64,000 nt of DNA from Methanomassiliicoccaceae archaeon (GCA_963728405.1 CAVSJV010000007.1:288001-352000); one strand, 5' to 3'. Numbered from the stretch's first letter, positions 43,275 through 54,383 are shown. Notes: generated by a model from the sequence alone, not told the origin. Program-made: numbers and translations.

Positions 43275-45046
43275 TCAAAGAAATTCGCAAACACAAATGG
43301 GGGGATAACATCACGAAGACCATCATCGTAGGTGGAGTGGCGGGCGGGGCGTCGTGCGCGGCGCGCCTGCGCAGGTTGGATGAAAAGGCCGAGATCCTCA
43401 TGGTGGAGCGCGGGCCATATGTCTCGTACGCGAACTGCGGACTGCCCTATCACATAGGCGGCGTTATCGAAAAAGAATCAAGCCTCCTGGTAGCCGATGA
43501 GCGGACTTTCCGCGAGCAGTTCGCGATTGATGTACGCACCAATTGTGAGGCCGTTGCGATCTCGCCGCAAGAGAAGACCGTGCAACTGCGTGATGTGAAG
43601 ACCGGTGAGGAAACCACTCATTCTTACGATAAGTTGGTGCTGTCGCCCGGGGCGGGTTCGGTCCACCCGCCGTTGCCTGGGATAGACCTGCCTGGCATCT
43701 TTCACGTGAGGACGGTTCCGGACACCAAAAAGATCATTGAGTGGACCGAACGGGGCACCGAATTTCTTTCCGGTATGGAACATTATTCGGGATTCCAGGT
43801 CGTAAGGCCAAAGATCCGGGCGGTGATCGTCGGTGGAGGGTTCATCGGCCTGGAGACGGCTGAGAACCTGGTCCATCGAGGCTTCGAAGTAACCATCTTG
43901 GAAATGCTCGATCAGGTCCTGGTCTCGATAGATCGGGAAAATGCACGGGTGGTTGAGGCCTTCCTGAGGAGGCATGGTGTCCGTCTGGCGCTCGGCGATG
44001 CGGTGGCCGGGTTCAAACAGGCTGCTAATGGCGCCATCGAAGTGGAGACTAAATCGGGAAAGACCTATCCGGCCGACGTGGTGATCCTCGCCCTCGGGGT
44101 GCGCCCTGATACCACCCTGGCTAAAAAGGCCGGATTGGCGATCGGCGAACGTGGGGGGATCCGGGTGGATGAACACATGTGCACGAGCGATCCGGACATC
44201 TTCGCCGTCGGCGACGCGGTCGAGGTGAAGGATTTCGTCACCGGCCAATGGAGCTTGATCCCGCTGGCGGGCCCCGCCAACCGGCAGGGCCGCATCGCCG
44301 CCGATGTCATCGCCGGGCGCGACTCCCGGTTCCGCGGCACCCAGGGCACCTCTATTATCGGCATGTTCGGCGCGGCAGTCGCCTGGACTGGCATCAGCGA
44401 GAAGATGCTGAAGCAGCTCGACGATACCGATTACGAGAAGGTCTACCTCTACCCGAATTCACACGCAGGGTATTATCCGGGGGCCATGCCGATCGCGATG
44501 AAGGTCATTTTCCGAAAATCCGACGGGCGTCTCCTGGGGGCGCAGGCGCTTGGCCAAGATAACGTGGATAAGCGGATAAGCGTTCTCGCGGCAATGATGC
44601 AATTGGGCGCAACGATTTACGATCTTGAGGAAGCTGAACTATGCTATGCTCCCCAGTTCGGAAGCGCAAAAGATCCGGTGAACTTTGCCGGAATGGTCGC
44701 GGCCGATGTGCTCAGGGGCGATATGCCGCTCAGCCATTGGGATTCCGCCAAGGGCGAATTCCTTTTGGATGTACGCGAACCGGTAGAACTCGCCGTGGAG
44801 GGTCTGCCAGAAGCGCTTAATATTCCTTTGAGTCAGCTTCGTACGCGCCTCGACGAGCTTCCTCTTGATCGAGAGATACATGTCTATTGCCGCTCTGGCC
44901 AGCGTGCCTACTATGCGACGCGGGTCTTATTGCAGAACGGGTACGATGTCAAAAACATCTCGGGAGGGATGCTGTCGCTTGAGCACAATTATCTGCTAGA
45001 TCCCGAAACGGCAGGGGCCTGGAAGCTCTCGAGGGAAAGACCATGA
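43271..45046 (+). CDS. CoA-disulfide/persulfide reductase with C-terminal rhodanese domain (CoADR-RHD)
   Basis: GGVAGG, SYANCGLPY, GGGFIG, YAPQF, rhodanese DVRE..YCRSGQR. Confidence 0.9.
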   Translation: MIKEIRKHKWGDNITKTIIVGGVAGGASCAARLRRLDEKAEILMVERGPYVSYANCGLPYHIGGVIEKESSLLVADERTFREQFAIDVRTNCEAVAISPQEKTVQLRDVKTGEETTHSYDKLVLSPGAGSVHPPLPGIDLPGIFHVRTVPDTKKIIEWTERGTEFLSGMEHYSGFQVVRPKIRAVIVGGGFIGLETAENLVHRGFEVTILEMLDQVLVSIDRENARVVEAFLRRHGVRLALGDAVAGFKQAANGAIEVETKSGKTYPADVVILALGVRPDTTLAKKAGLAIGERGGIRVDEHMCTSDPDIFAVGDAVEVKDFVTGQWSLIPLAGPANRQGRIAADVIAGRDSRFRGTQGTSIIGMFGAAVAWTGISEKMLKQLDDTDYEKVYLYPNSHAGYYPGAMPIAMKVIFRKSDGRLLGAQALGQDNVDKRISVLAAMMQLGATIYDLEEAELCYAPQFGSAKDPVNFAGMVAADVLRGDMPLSHWDSAKGEFLLDVREPVELAVEGLPEALNIPLSQLRTRLDELPLDREIHVYCRSGQRAYYATRVLLQNGYDVKNISGGMLSLEHNYLLDPETAGAWKLSRERP

Positions 45047-45720
45047 CTGGAAAGGTCTTGACCCTGTCCTATCCCTTGAATCGGAGAACGCCGCTTTATC
45101 CGGGCACCGCTCCGGTCACGATAGAGACGGAGAGCTTCGCGGAGAAGGGCAGGGTGGCGATCACCTCGCAGATCACGATAAATAGCCATTCCGGGACCCA
45201 CATCGACCTGCCCGCTCACTTTCTTCCAGATGGCCTCAAGGCAGACAAGCTCTTGGAACGGGAGATGGTGCTTGAGCCTGCCTATTTCCTCTCGCTTCCA
45301 AAAGATGAAGATCAGGAGGTCGGACCCGAGGGACTTGAGGGCATCGAGGAAATGGACGATGCCGAGGCCCTTCTCATCCGGACCGGGTTCGGCAAGTTCA
45401 GGGATGGGGCGAGAGATACTTACATCGACAGGCATCCGTGGGTATCTCCCGAGCTTCCAAAGTTCCTCAGGAATTCGATGCCCCGTCTCCGGCTGTTCGG
45501 CATCGATGTTCTCTCCCTCGCCGTTCCACAAAGACCAGCAGAAGGCAGGGATGTCCACCTGGGTTTCCTCAGCAACGAACCGCCAACGATCATTATGGAG
45601 GACGTCGACCTTTCCGACGAGTCGTTGTTAATGGGTAAGTGGAGGCTGCGCCTCTATCCGTGGATCCTCGACGAGATCGAGGGGTTGCCGGTGACGGTCC
45701 TGGCCGAGAGAATAGAATGA
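45043..45720 (+). CDS. cyclase/kynurenine-formamidase family protein
   Basis: HSGTHIDLPAHF, LIRTG, FGID. Confidence 0.85.
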   Translation: MTGKVLTLSYPLNRRTPLYPGTAPVTIETESFAEKGRVAITSQITINSHSGTHIDLPAHFLPDGLKADKLLEREMVLEPAYFLSLPKDEDQEVGPEGLEGIEEMDDAEALLIRTGFGKFRDGARDTYIDRHPWVSPELPKFLRNSMPRLRLFGIDVLSLAVPQRPAEGRDVHLGFLSNEPPTIIMEDVDLSDESLLMGKWRLRLYPWILDEIEGLPVTVLAERIE

Positions 45721-46461
45721 TGCTCGCGGCCAAAGCAATGGTGGCCACCACTGCGCCAGCTAGGGTCAGGATGACGATGGTCGGGCTCGAACCTTGGTTG
45801 ACGGCGATGCCGACGAACGCCCAGACGATTGCCAGCCCGTAGGCCACATCTCTTCTTGCGACCGCAACAAGGATCACGATGACGAGGGCGATCAGGATAA
45901 TAAGGACGGCCCAGGTCTCCGAGCTTATGCCGAACCCGTCCCAATTCAGCGACACCAATGTGCTCGCCACGTTCGCAATAGAAGCGATGGTTATCCAGCC
46001 AAGGTAAACACTAAAAGGTAGATGGACGGCCAATCTCTCCCCCCAATCTGCCTTTGCTTTTCCAATGTCCAGGCGAGCATAGATCAGGATCAGCGTGGCC
46101 AGGAGCAGGAACATGATGATGACGGACACGCTGAGGTATTCGTACTGCCAAGCGAAGAGCCACAGTATGTTCAGAGCGCCGCTCAGCACGAACAGCCAGC
46201 CGATCCGCCCCTGGAACGGCTTCGTACGTTCGTAGGGTAAAGCCTGAAAGATCACGAACGCTCCCAGAAGGACATAGATCGCGCCCCAGATGGCGAACGC
46301 GTATCCTGCGGGCGTGATGAGCGTTGTGTTCGCATGGGTATCTCTGCGGTGACCTTTCCCCCTATGAGGGCAGTACTACCTGCCAACCCATTAACGATCG
46401 CCGTCAGAACGAAGGCTAAGATATTGGCCCAGTTCAGCAAGCTAGCTTTCTTAGCCACCAT
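45593..46461 (-). CDS. TspO/MBR-like tryptophan-rich membrane protein, copy 1 (frameshift near 46335)
   Basis: 'LITPAGYAFAIWGAIY', 'LNILWLFAWQYE', 'PFSVYLGWITIA'; 3' end overlaps the cyclase gene. Confidence 0.8.
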
Positions 46462-46561
46462 CTAGGTCCCCCGAACATATTTCGGCTCACGATATATAAA
46501 AAAATCATTAGTGTTGATATGGGCCATGCAGGGCATTTACGGTCGCATGATGGCGATCAGA

Positions 46562-46614
46562 ATTGCCAATCCCGTGACCTCACGGTCTCGGGGGTTCAAA
46601 TCCCCCCTTCGCGC
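46562..46614 (+). repeat. att-type direct repeat of the tRNA-Ser 3' half
   Basis: ATTGCCAATCCCGTGACCTCACGGTCTCGGGGGTTCAAATCCCCCCTTCGCGC versus tRNA 34965-35018 with two substitutions and one C fewer. Confidence 0.92.
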
Positions 46615-46622
46615 TTTCATTT

Positions 46623-46961
46623 TCATCCAGTCACCTCGTTATCTGGCTTAATGACTGTGCTTTTCACATCTGGATAGCTCATTTTGCCCCTCCATAGTGC
46701 GTGAGCATCCCTTATCGCGACATCTTGTCGCATGCGGCCATAGCACATTTCCGTGGTCTTGGTCGTGGCGTGCCCCATCAATCGCGAGACCTTGCTCAGT
46801 TCTAAACCCTGATCGATTTTCATTTGTGCGAAGGTTCTACACCATTTTCGGGGCATTCGATAATAATCTGTCTCACATCGGGACCAGAGCGAGGTGACGT
46901 GCAGCTTTGATGCCCCGCTCTCTGAGAACGCTTTGTGAACGCCCCACCTAGGTGTGAGCAT
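46623..46961 (-). pseudogene. tyrosine integrase C-terminal remnant, copy 2
   Basis: 'CRTFAQMKIDQG..SKVSRLMGHATTKTTEMCY..GKMSYPD', homologous to integrase 1. Confidence 0.85.
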
Positions 46962-47073
46962 GGTGGCTTGGATGGGGAGGAAACTGTTCTTTCGTCAGCC
47001 TTGTGATAGTTACGCCGCTTAATCGATCAGATATGGTCAAATAGGGCGACCTTGGTTTTTTCCCAGGGATTAC

Positions 47074-48784
47074 ATGGCCGATACAAAATGGACTCGTTTA
47101 AGGATATTGTCCATTGCTGTCGTCGCCATCCTCGTGATTGCTTCGTTCGGCATACTTTTAGCAGTAACTCCGAACGAGACGGTGAAGGCCCAGAGCACCA
47201 GCGTGCCCCCTGAGGTCTCCCAATATGCGAAGGACTGGCCGATGATGAACAAGGACTACAACAACACTCGGGCAACAAATGACTCAACGATAAATTCCGG
47301 CAATGTCAACTCTCTTGGAGTGGCATGGTCCTTCAATCTCTCTGCTGGCTTCGGCGCTTTCGGCGCTGCGACCAGCAACCCACTGATCCTCGGCAACATG
47401 GTGTTGCTTCAGGACGGGAAGGGAAATGTATACAACCTCGATCTGCAGACGGGCAATGTTAATTGGGTAAAGTACTACAACTCCTCGGCGATCGAGGGAC
47501 CCAACGGGCCTGCTGTCGGTTATGGTAAAGTGTTCATTGCCAAGGACATTCACAACATCACCGCTCTCAACCTCAGCAATGGGGAAGAGATGTGGACGAC
47601 CAACCTGTACGTGACCAGCACCACTGGCATAGACATCCAGCCCTACGTATATGATGGTAAGGTATACGTGGCCAGCGTCCCCGGGACCGGAGACGTCTTC
47701 TATGCACCAGGCGGCATTGGCCTTATTTATGCCCTAGACCAGAACTCTGGCCAGGTCATATGGAACTTCACCACGGTCCAGAACAACGACCTGTGGGGTC
47801 ATCCGGACGTCAATAGTGGTGGAGGCAGTTGGTATCCGCCGGCAATAGACACACAGACTGGACAGATGTACTGGTCATTAGCCAACCCCGCACCGTTCGC
47901 GGGAGCTCCTGGCTGGCCAAGCGGATCGAGCTTCAACCAGTCTGCCCTGTACTCAGATAGCCTGGTATCTCTGGACCACAACACTGGTGAGATGAAGTGG
48001 TACAATCAGCTGCTGGCCCATGATATATGGGACCACGATCTGCAACTGTCGCCCATACTGGCCACCGCTAATATCAGCAACACCCAGCAAGACATCGTGA
48101 TAACTGGCGGTAAGATGGGTAATGTGTACGCGGTCAACCGCGATACCGGTAACCTGCTGTGGACCGTGCCTGTCGGCACGCATGAGAACGACCTCCTAGA
48201 CCCCCTAGCGGGCCCGACATGGGTCCTTCCGGCCGCCTTTGGAGGAATCGAGACGCCCATGGCCTATGCCAATGGCATCGCTTACGCCGCGGTGGTCAAC
48301 AAGGGCATGGAGTACACACCGACCGGCCTAAACACGACCGGGGTCTTTGACTTCAGCAACTCGACCGGAGAGCTAGTGGCGATAGACGTGAACTTCGGGC
48401 ACATCCTCTGGAACTGTGACCTTACCCTCGCCTAACTTCGGGGGAGCGACCGTGGTCAACGACGTGGTATTCACCGCGACCTACGATGGCACGATCTACG
48501 GTTTCAACGCCACCACCGGTAAGCAGCTGTTCCAGTACAAGGCTTCGGCAGGCATAAACGCCTGGCCCGCTGTCGCTGGAGATACAATCATCTGGCCCGC
48601 AGGCAATGGGCTCAATGCCAGCCTGGTAGCCCTGCGGGTGGGAGGCGGTAACACGACCGTTTCCCCGAGCAGCACTGGCACCACGGGCAACACCACGGGC
48701 AACACCACAGGCGCCTCGGTGCTTCAAGTGGCAGTCCAGCCGGTAACGTCACGGGAACTGATGTCGACAGCCGATCGGAGATGA
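47074..48784 (+). CDS. secreted PQQ-binding-like beta-propeller protein, frameshift near 48415
   Basis: Signal/TM segment, 'DWPM.NKDY.NTR', repeated A.D..TG...W motifs, 'HDIWDHD'. Confidence 0.85.
48679..48712 (+). repeat. 12-bp tandem repeat (CACCACGGGCAA x2.8) encoding a TTGN linker
   Basis: Seen directly in sequence. Confidence 0.8.
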
Positions 48785-49009
48785 GAAATCTTTTCCTTCT
48801 TTTTTTATTTTTTAAATGCCTAATCGATCTATTTCGTGTAACAGGGGGTCATTGCCAAGTTCTATGAATCAAACGGCCCCACTAAACCTTTACGACCGCA
48901 TCCCGACCCCATACGCGAAGAAAATAAAAAACGGTCGGACCGGGGGTTTTTCGAGACTTCTGGGTGATTGGTTTATACATTGGTGATTCTCGTGGAATAT
49001 TCACCGAGC

Positions 49010-50582
49010 ATGGACGCGAGAATAGACCCCGCCGTTAAGGTCGGCAATGGGCCCGATCAAAAGATCGATCGAGATGCAGAGGTCGGGCGCTCAAGGACCT
49101 CGGGGAAGGTAGGGATCGGTTATCCGACCGTGGTCCTTCTGACCGTCACCGTCGCCGTCCTGCTCATCAACTACGTTGAGACCATGGTCATTCCCGGAGT
49201 TCCAGAGATCCAAAAGGAATTAGCAGCCAGCTCTACTGTGGCCTCCTGGATCACCTCAGCGTTCCTGATAGTAGGGGCGGCCGTAGCGCCCTTGTTCGGA
49301 CGGCTCGGCGATATCTATGGGAAGAAGAGGATGCTCCTCATCGTCCTGCTCTTTTATGTGGTCGGCGTCGGTCTGGCCGGTTTTGCCCCCACGATGTTGA
49401 TCTGTTGGTCTCTAGGGCGATACAAGGGGTGGGTTTTGCGGTCCTGCCGCTCGGCATCGCCATGGTCGCCGACTGCTTCCCCAAAGAGAAAGTAGCCACC
49501 GCCCAAGGTATCATCAGCGGCACAGTGGCCATAGGGGCTGCCGCTGGGCTGGTGATCGGCTCCTACATAGTCGAGGACCTTGGGTGGCAATGGGGCGTTC
49601 CATACGGCACTGGTCCTAAGCATTTTCCTGCTATTGGTAACGGCAAAGGTCCTACGGCCAGATGTACCGGGCAAACGGCAGAAGATGGATTATCTAGGCA
49701 CCCTGATCTTGATGAGTGGGGTCACCCTGATACTCATCTACCTCACCGAAGGGCCGTCCTTGGGATGACATCACTGGAAAACCTCGCCTTCCTGGTCCCT
49801 GGCCTGATACTGTCCATCTACTTCTTCAGGTTCGAGAGCCGAAGAGCGAGCCCCTTGATACGACTGGACCTCCTCCGTATCCGGAACATGCTCAGGTGGC
49901 CAACTTGGTCGGTATCGTGGCGGGTCTCGCCATGTTCCTACTGTTCTTTGCGGTGGTCTATTACGCCCAGCAGCCAAAGCCGTTCGGGTTGGGGCTCGAC
50001 ATCATATCGACGGGCTTGGCGCTGGCCCCGGCTACCTTGGCCATGCTGATCATGGGTCCCCTTCTGGGCAGATATGTTACTCGCTGGGGGCCCCAACCGA
50101 TCCTGGTCCTTGGCTCCATCTTCCTGGCATTGGGATTCTGGCTTTTGATCGTGAATCGGTCCACCACTTTGGACCTGACCATTGATATTGTGATCTCTTT
50201 CGTCGGCATCGTGGCCATGATCATTCCGATCGTCAACATGATCTCTGTATCCCTGCCCTCTGACAGTATGGCGGTCGGTTTAGGTATCAACAGCATGCTT
50301 AGGAGTCTGGGTGGGGCGGTCGGCCCTGTTCTGGCGACGACAATAATGGCATCCTACCTGGTGCCATTGGTATTGCTGGTTGGAAACCAACCGGTGGTGG
50401 TGGGAGAGTTCCCGTCGTCAATGGCGTTCGATCTGATCTTTACCTCGGGGGTCGTCCTGGCAGCGATCGTCGGTGTTCTGAGCTTAACGATTCACAATTA
50501 CACCTTCACGCCGGGGGCCATGGACCGAACCGGTGAGCGGGGCAAGAAGGAGACCATCGCCGACCCATCGACCAAACCCTGA
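49010..50582 (+). CDS. MFS transporter (14-TM drug:H+ type), about four frameshifts
   Basis: 'GRLGDIYGKKR' motif A, 'RAIQGVG', 'LRSLGGAVGP'. Confidence 0.8.
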
Positions 50583-50873
50583 TCACTTACTGACCGATCG
50601 AAAATTGGGACCATGGGCCGCATGAGGGCGAGAGTAGCTCCGTGCCTATTTTTCCCGACCTCTATCATCATCGGACTTATCATTGACGGGGATACCCGCC
50701 GTCTATGATACCTGCTTTTACAAAGGCTATGAGGTCTGCATAAGAACATTGGACCGGGTCCCGCTGAAAAGATGCCGATGAGCATGTTCAAGCGATCCAG
50801 TGGACCTTTGGGGCAAGACGGCCCCGGTCGTTGGGAAAATCGTTATCCGGGATGAATAGGCTCTACAAAGATG

Positions 50874-51404
50874 TCAGATGGGGCCCCTGCCCATATGCCT
50901 CGGTCGAACGTAGAGGAAGACCATCACTAAGGAGATCACGACCACTGCCGCGCAGACGAGCATGAGCATAGCAATGGTCTGGTTCGAACCTTGGTTGACA
51001 CTGATCCCTACGAACGCCCAGATGATTGCCAGCCCGTAGGCCACATATCTTCTTGTGACCGCCACGAGGATCGCGATGACGAGGGCGACCATGATGATCA
51101 GAACGGCCCAGGTCTCCGGACCTATGTCGAAGCCATCCCAGTTCAGGGACACCAGTGTGGCCGACACATCAGCGATAGTGGCGATAGCTACCCAGCTGAG
51201 GTAGACGCTGAACGGCAGGTGGACGGCCAATCTCTCCGCGAGTTTCGCCTTGGACCGCCCGATGTCCAGTCGGAGGTAGATCCGGATCGGAGATATCAGA
51301 TGCAGGAAGATCAGGACGACCGACGCGGCGAGGTACTCGTAGTGCCAGGCGAAGATCCACATGATGTTGAACCCACTGCTAAGGATGAACAACCATCCGA
51401 TCCG
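50874..51404 (-). pseudogene. TspO/MBR-like protein, copy 2, 5'-truncated
   Basis: Closely similar to copy 1 (GFNIMWIFAWHYEYL, ERLAVHLPFSVYL); homology stops at about 51404. Confidence 0.8.
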
Positions 51405-51922
51405 TCACCGCCTACTCCTTGGATCCCTTGTGCAGGGTGAGCGTCAGAATCCTGGCATTCTTGGGGTCCCCAATCCCCCATCACATCACGGAAGTGCTGT
51501 CGGCTCTTGTGCCGCTACTTGTCCGCGTAGTAAGGACACATGCGGTCATAGCGGTGACCGCATCCGAGGATGAGCTCGACCGGTCTGCTGCTGGTCGCAC
51601 GCTTCAGGCAGATGCTCTTGACGTTGATGCACCACCACTAACATCGAGGACCCATTCTCAGCGAACATGCCGTGGGACTCCCGGGGTTAGTTCACCCACC
51701 TTTTTACGGGAACAAGTGAAGTACGGCTGGCCGTGCAATCGAATAGAGATAGACGTTGCCTACCGCGTTCGGTTACCTTGAGCAGCTCCCCCGCTAACCT
51801 TTTAAAAAAGAAAGAGGAAGGGGTTTATGCTTGAAACCTATGATCGGATCAAGAAAATAAATGTCGGGATTGGCCGTGGCACTGGGGCCCCCTATGGTCT
51901 GATAAGGAATTTGGTCGGATGC

Positions 51923-53272
51923 TCACACCGTCATGATGTATCGCTCTAGCTCCCAGGGAGTGACCTGGCGCTTGTATTCTGACCACTCTCTGCTCTTGAT
52001 ACATATGTAGTTGTGGAAGATGTGCTCACCGAGTGTTTCTCTCATGAGCTCGCTGCTCGCGATATGGTCTAGGGCCTCTCCAAGGTTCTCTGGTAGATTC
52101 TCTATCCCGAGGGACCTCCGCTCCTCGCCGGTCATCGAAAAGGTGTCCTTCTCGACTGGCTCCATCGGATGGAGGTTCTTCACTATTCCGTCGAGGCCTG
52201 CGGCGAGCATTACGGCGAACTGGAGATAGGGATTGCCGGCCGGGTCGGGGTTTCGGTGTTCCAGCCTCGTCCCCTTGCCCCTCATGCCGGGGACCCTTAT
52301 GAGGGCACTGCGATTACGGCACGCCCAGCTTATGTAACAGGGGGCCTCGTAGCCAGGCATGAGGCGCTTGTAGGAATTGATGTGGGATGTTAGGATGCCG
52401 CAGGTCTCCTTGGCGTGAGTGAGCAGCCCACCAACGTATTTGAGGGCAGCATCGCTAAGGCCATATTCTCCATCGGGATCATCGAAGGCGTTCTCGCCGT
52501 TCTTCGTGGCCAGGGACTGGTGCACATGCATGGCGTTGCCGTTCTCATCCTGAAAGGGCTTGGGCATGAAGGTGGCATGCAGTCCGTTCAACTTGGATAT
52601 GGTCCTGACCCCGAACTTCATGGTCATGACCCGATCGGCCAGAGTGAGGGCGTCCCCGTACCTCAGTTTGATCTCTTGCTGCCCTGGAGCCACCTCATGA
52701 TGGGATGCCTCGATTCGAAAGCCCATCTGGTTGAAGTAGGTCACGAGTTCTTTCCTCACCCTCTCTCCCTGGTCCAAGGGCATGAGGTCGAAGTACCTCC
52801 CCTTGTCACAGGCTCTGGGGATGCCGTTAGTGGTCTCTCCTGGCTTCAGTAGGAAGAACTCCATCTCCGGGCCCACGTTGAAGGTGAACCCCAGCTCCAT
52901 GGCCCTGTCCATCACTCGTTCCAGGATCAGGCGGGGGTCTCCTTGGAATCGTTTTCCGCTATGGTCGTAGATCTTGCACAACAGGCGGGCGGTCTTAAGG
53001 TCCGTTCCACAGGTCCAAGGGTAGATCTGAAGGGAGTCCAGGATGGGGGTCCCCTTCAGATCGGACTCTTCCACCGTGGCATAACCAAGGATGGAGGAAC
53101 CGTCGATGGGTACCCCTTCATCGATGGCCTCATCCAAGCTTTCGGTCGGAATGGAAACGCTCTTCACCGTTCCCAAAATGTCCGAGAACTGCATCTCCAC
53201 GAACTTTACATTCTCCTTCTTTACCAGTTCCAAAACCGTCTCCTTGGTGGAGGCATTCTCTGTCGATGCCAT
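51923..53272 (-). CDS. glnA: glutamine synthetase type I
   Basis: DGSSI.G, GPEMEFF, HHEVAPGQQE, FMPKP, NSYKRL.PGYEAP, NRSALIRVP. Confidence 0.96.
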   Translation of the reverse strand: MASTENASTKETVLELVKKENVKFVEMQFSDILGTVKSVSIPTESLDEAIDEGVPIDGSSILGYATVEESDLKGTPILDSLQIYPWTCGTDLKTARLLCKIYDHSGKRFQGDPRLILERVMDRAMELGFTFNVGPEMEFFLLKPGETTNGIPRACDKGRYFDLMPLDQGERVRKELVTYFNQMGFRIEASHHEVAPGQQEIKLRYGDALTLADRVMTMKFGVRTISKLNGLHATFMPKPFQDENGNAMHVHQSLATKNGENAFDDPDGEYGLSDAALKYVGGLLTHAKETCGILTSHINSYKRLMPGYEAPCYISWACRNRSALIRVPGMRGKGTRLEHRNPDPAGNPYLQFAVMLAAGLDGIVKNLHPMEPVEKDTFSMTGEERRSLGIENLPENLGEALDHIASSELMRETLGEHIFHNYICIKSREWSEYKRQVTPWELERYIMTV

Positions 53273-53870
53273 CGAGCCGTGAGAAGGGTTGACATGTAAA
53301 GTAATTTTTCAGAAACAGTTATAATGGATGAGGGGAGGGGCAAGAGCAACGAGCGGCTACCATCTGGTCCGAAAGCACGAGCGGCGTCTTTGACCTACAT
53401 AGTAACGTTCAATGGAAAATGAGTGAGGATCAGCTCCAGGCGGCGAAGGGGATGCGGGTCAGGTGCCCGAACCCCTGGTGGAAGATGGGGTCAAGAGAAC
53501 GGTCGGGTCGAGCACCGGTCCGACGGCAGCCCTACAGAACGCCGTCCTTGAGGATCGGGGGAGATCAGGGACCTGTTCAGATGGAAGTATGCGCGCTCGA
53601 ATCGTCATCAAAGTAAAGGGCACGGTCTTGAGCATCGAATGACCTGGCTCGCGTGAGGAAATGCCCCCATCGCCACCAGTATGCGGTGTGCCCATCGGGT
53701 AGGGGCGCTGATGGGGTCAAGCGCCGGAACGGCACAAACCGCGTATTCGTACTACGATAGCTACCCCCTCACCAATACTGGACCTCACATCATCGATCCC
53801 CGGATCCATCGCGAACTGTGGCCCACTTGTCGAATATGCTTTAATAATCAACCGGCCAATCTTTATTATC

Positions 53871-54383
53871 ATGGACCCGATCGATTTCGACACTGGCATA
53901 AGTCTCACATCCCCTTTGCCGTACGCTCTCGTCACCTCCATCGACGGGGAGGGCCGACCTAACGCGATGGGAGTGGCCTGGCTCACCAGGGTTTCCTTCT
54001 CTCCGTTCTTGATGATGGCGTCTATCGGGAAGAACCGGTATTCCCATAGTGGTATCGCCCAGAACAAGGAGTTCGTCATATGTTACCCGGCAGCCGACCA
54101 GGAGAAGGGCGCACTTTTTTGTGGAACGCACTCCGGAAGGGACGGAGACAAGCTATCTCGGTCCGGCCTAACGGTCGCACCCTCGACCAAGGTAAGGCCG
54201 CCCACGATCCAGGATTGCACCGTGGCCCTAGAATGCAAGGTCGTCAGCGCCTATGATGCCGGAGACCATACGTTATTCATCGGCGAGGTTGTCGCCGTCA
54301 CCGGCAGCCCACTTAGGCCCAAGCACCTGTTCGTGACCACCGGCAGTAAGATGGTGGCGATGGATAGTAAGGGCAACCTCTGA
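53871..54383 (+). CDS. flavin reductase-like FMN-binding protein
   Basis: LVTS...PNAM, FCG..SGRDGDK, GDHTLFIGEV. Confidence 0.9.
   Translation: MDPIDFDTGISLTSPLPYALVTSIDGEGRPNAMGVAWLTRVSFSPFLMMASIGKNRYSHSGIAQNKEFVICYPAADQEKGALFCGTHSGRDGDKLSRSGLTVAPSTKVRPPTIQDCTVALECKVVSAYDAGDHTLFIGEVVAVTGSPLRPKHLFVTTGSKMVAMDSKGNL

Larger units (their letters stand above)
35021..46614. mobile_element. integrative island 1 in tRNA-Ser(GCT)
   Basis: Bounded by the tRNA and a direct repeat of its 3' half at 46562-46614; integrase adjacent to the tRNA. Confidence 0.85.

Noticed and set aside
46562-46614. Second functional tRNA with GCC anticodon
   Set aside because: The 5' acceptor strand and D-arm are missing; it is an att repeat.
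51668-51695. Second IS200/IS605 right end (GGGGTTAGTTCAC)
   Set aside because: The terminal motif is suggestive but the preceding hairpin is poor.
53275-53420. NrpR operator upstream of glnA
   Set aside because: No GGAA-N6-TTCC palindrome visible.
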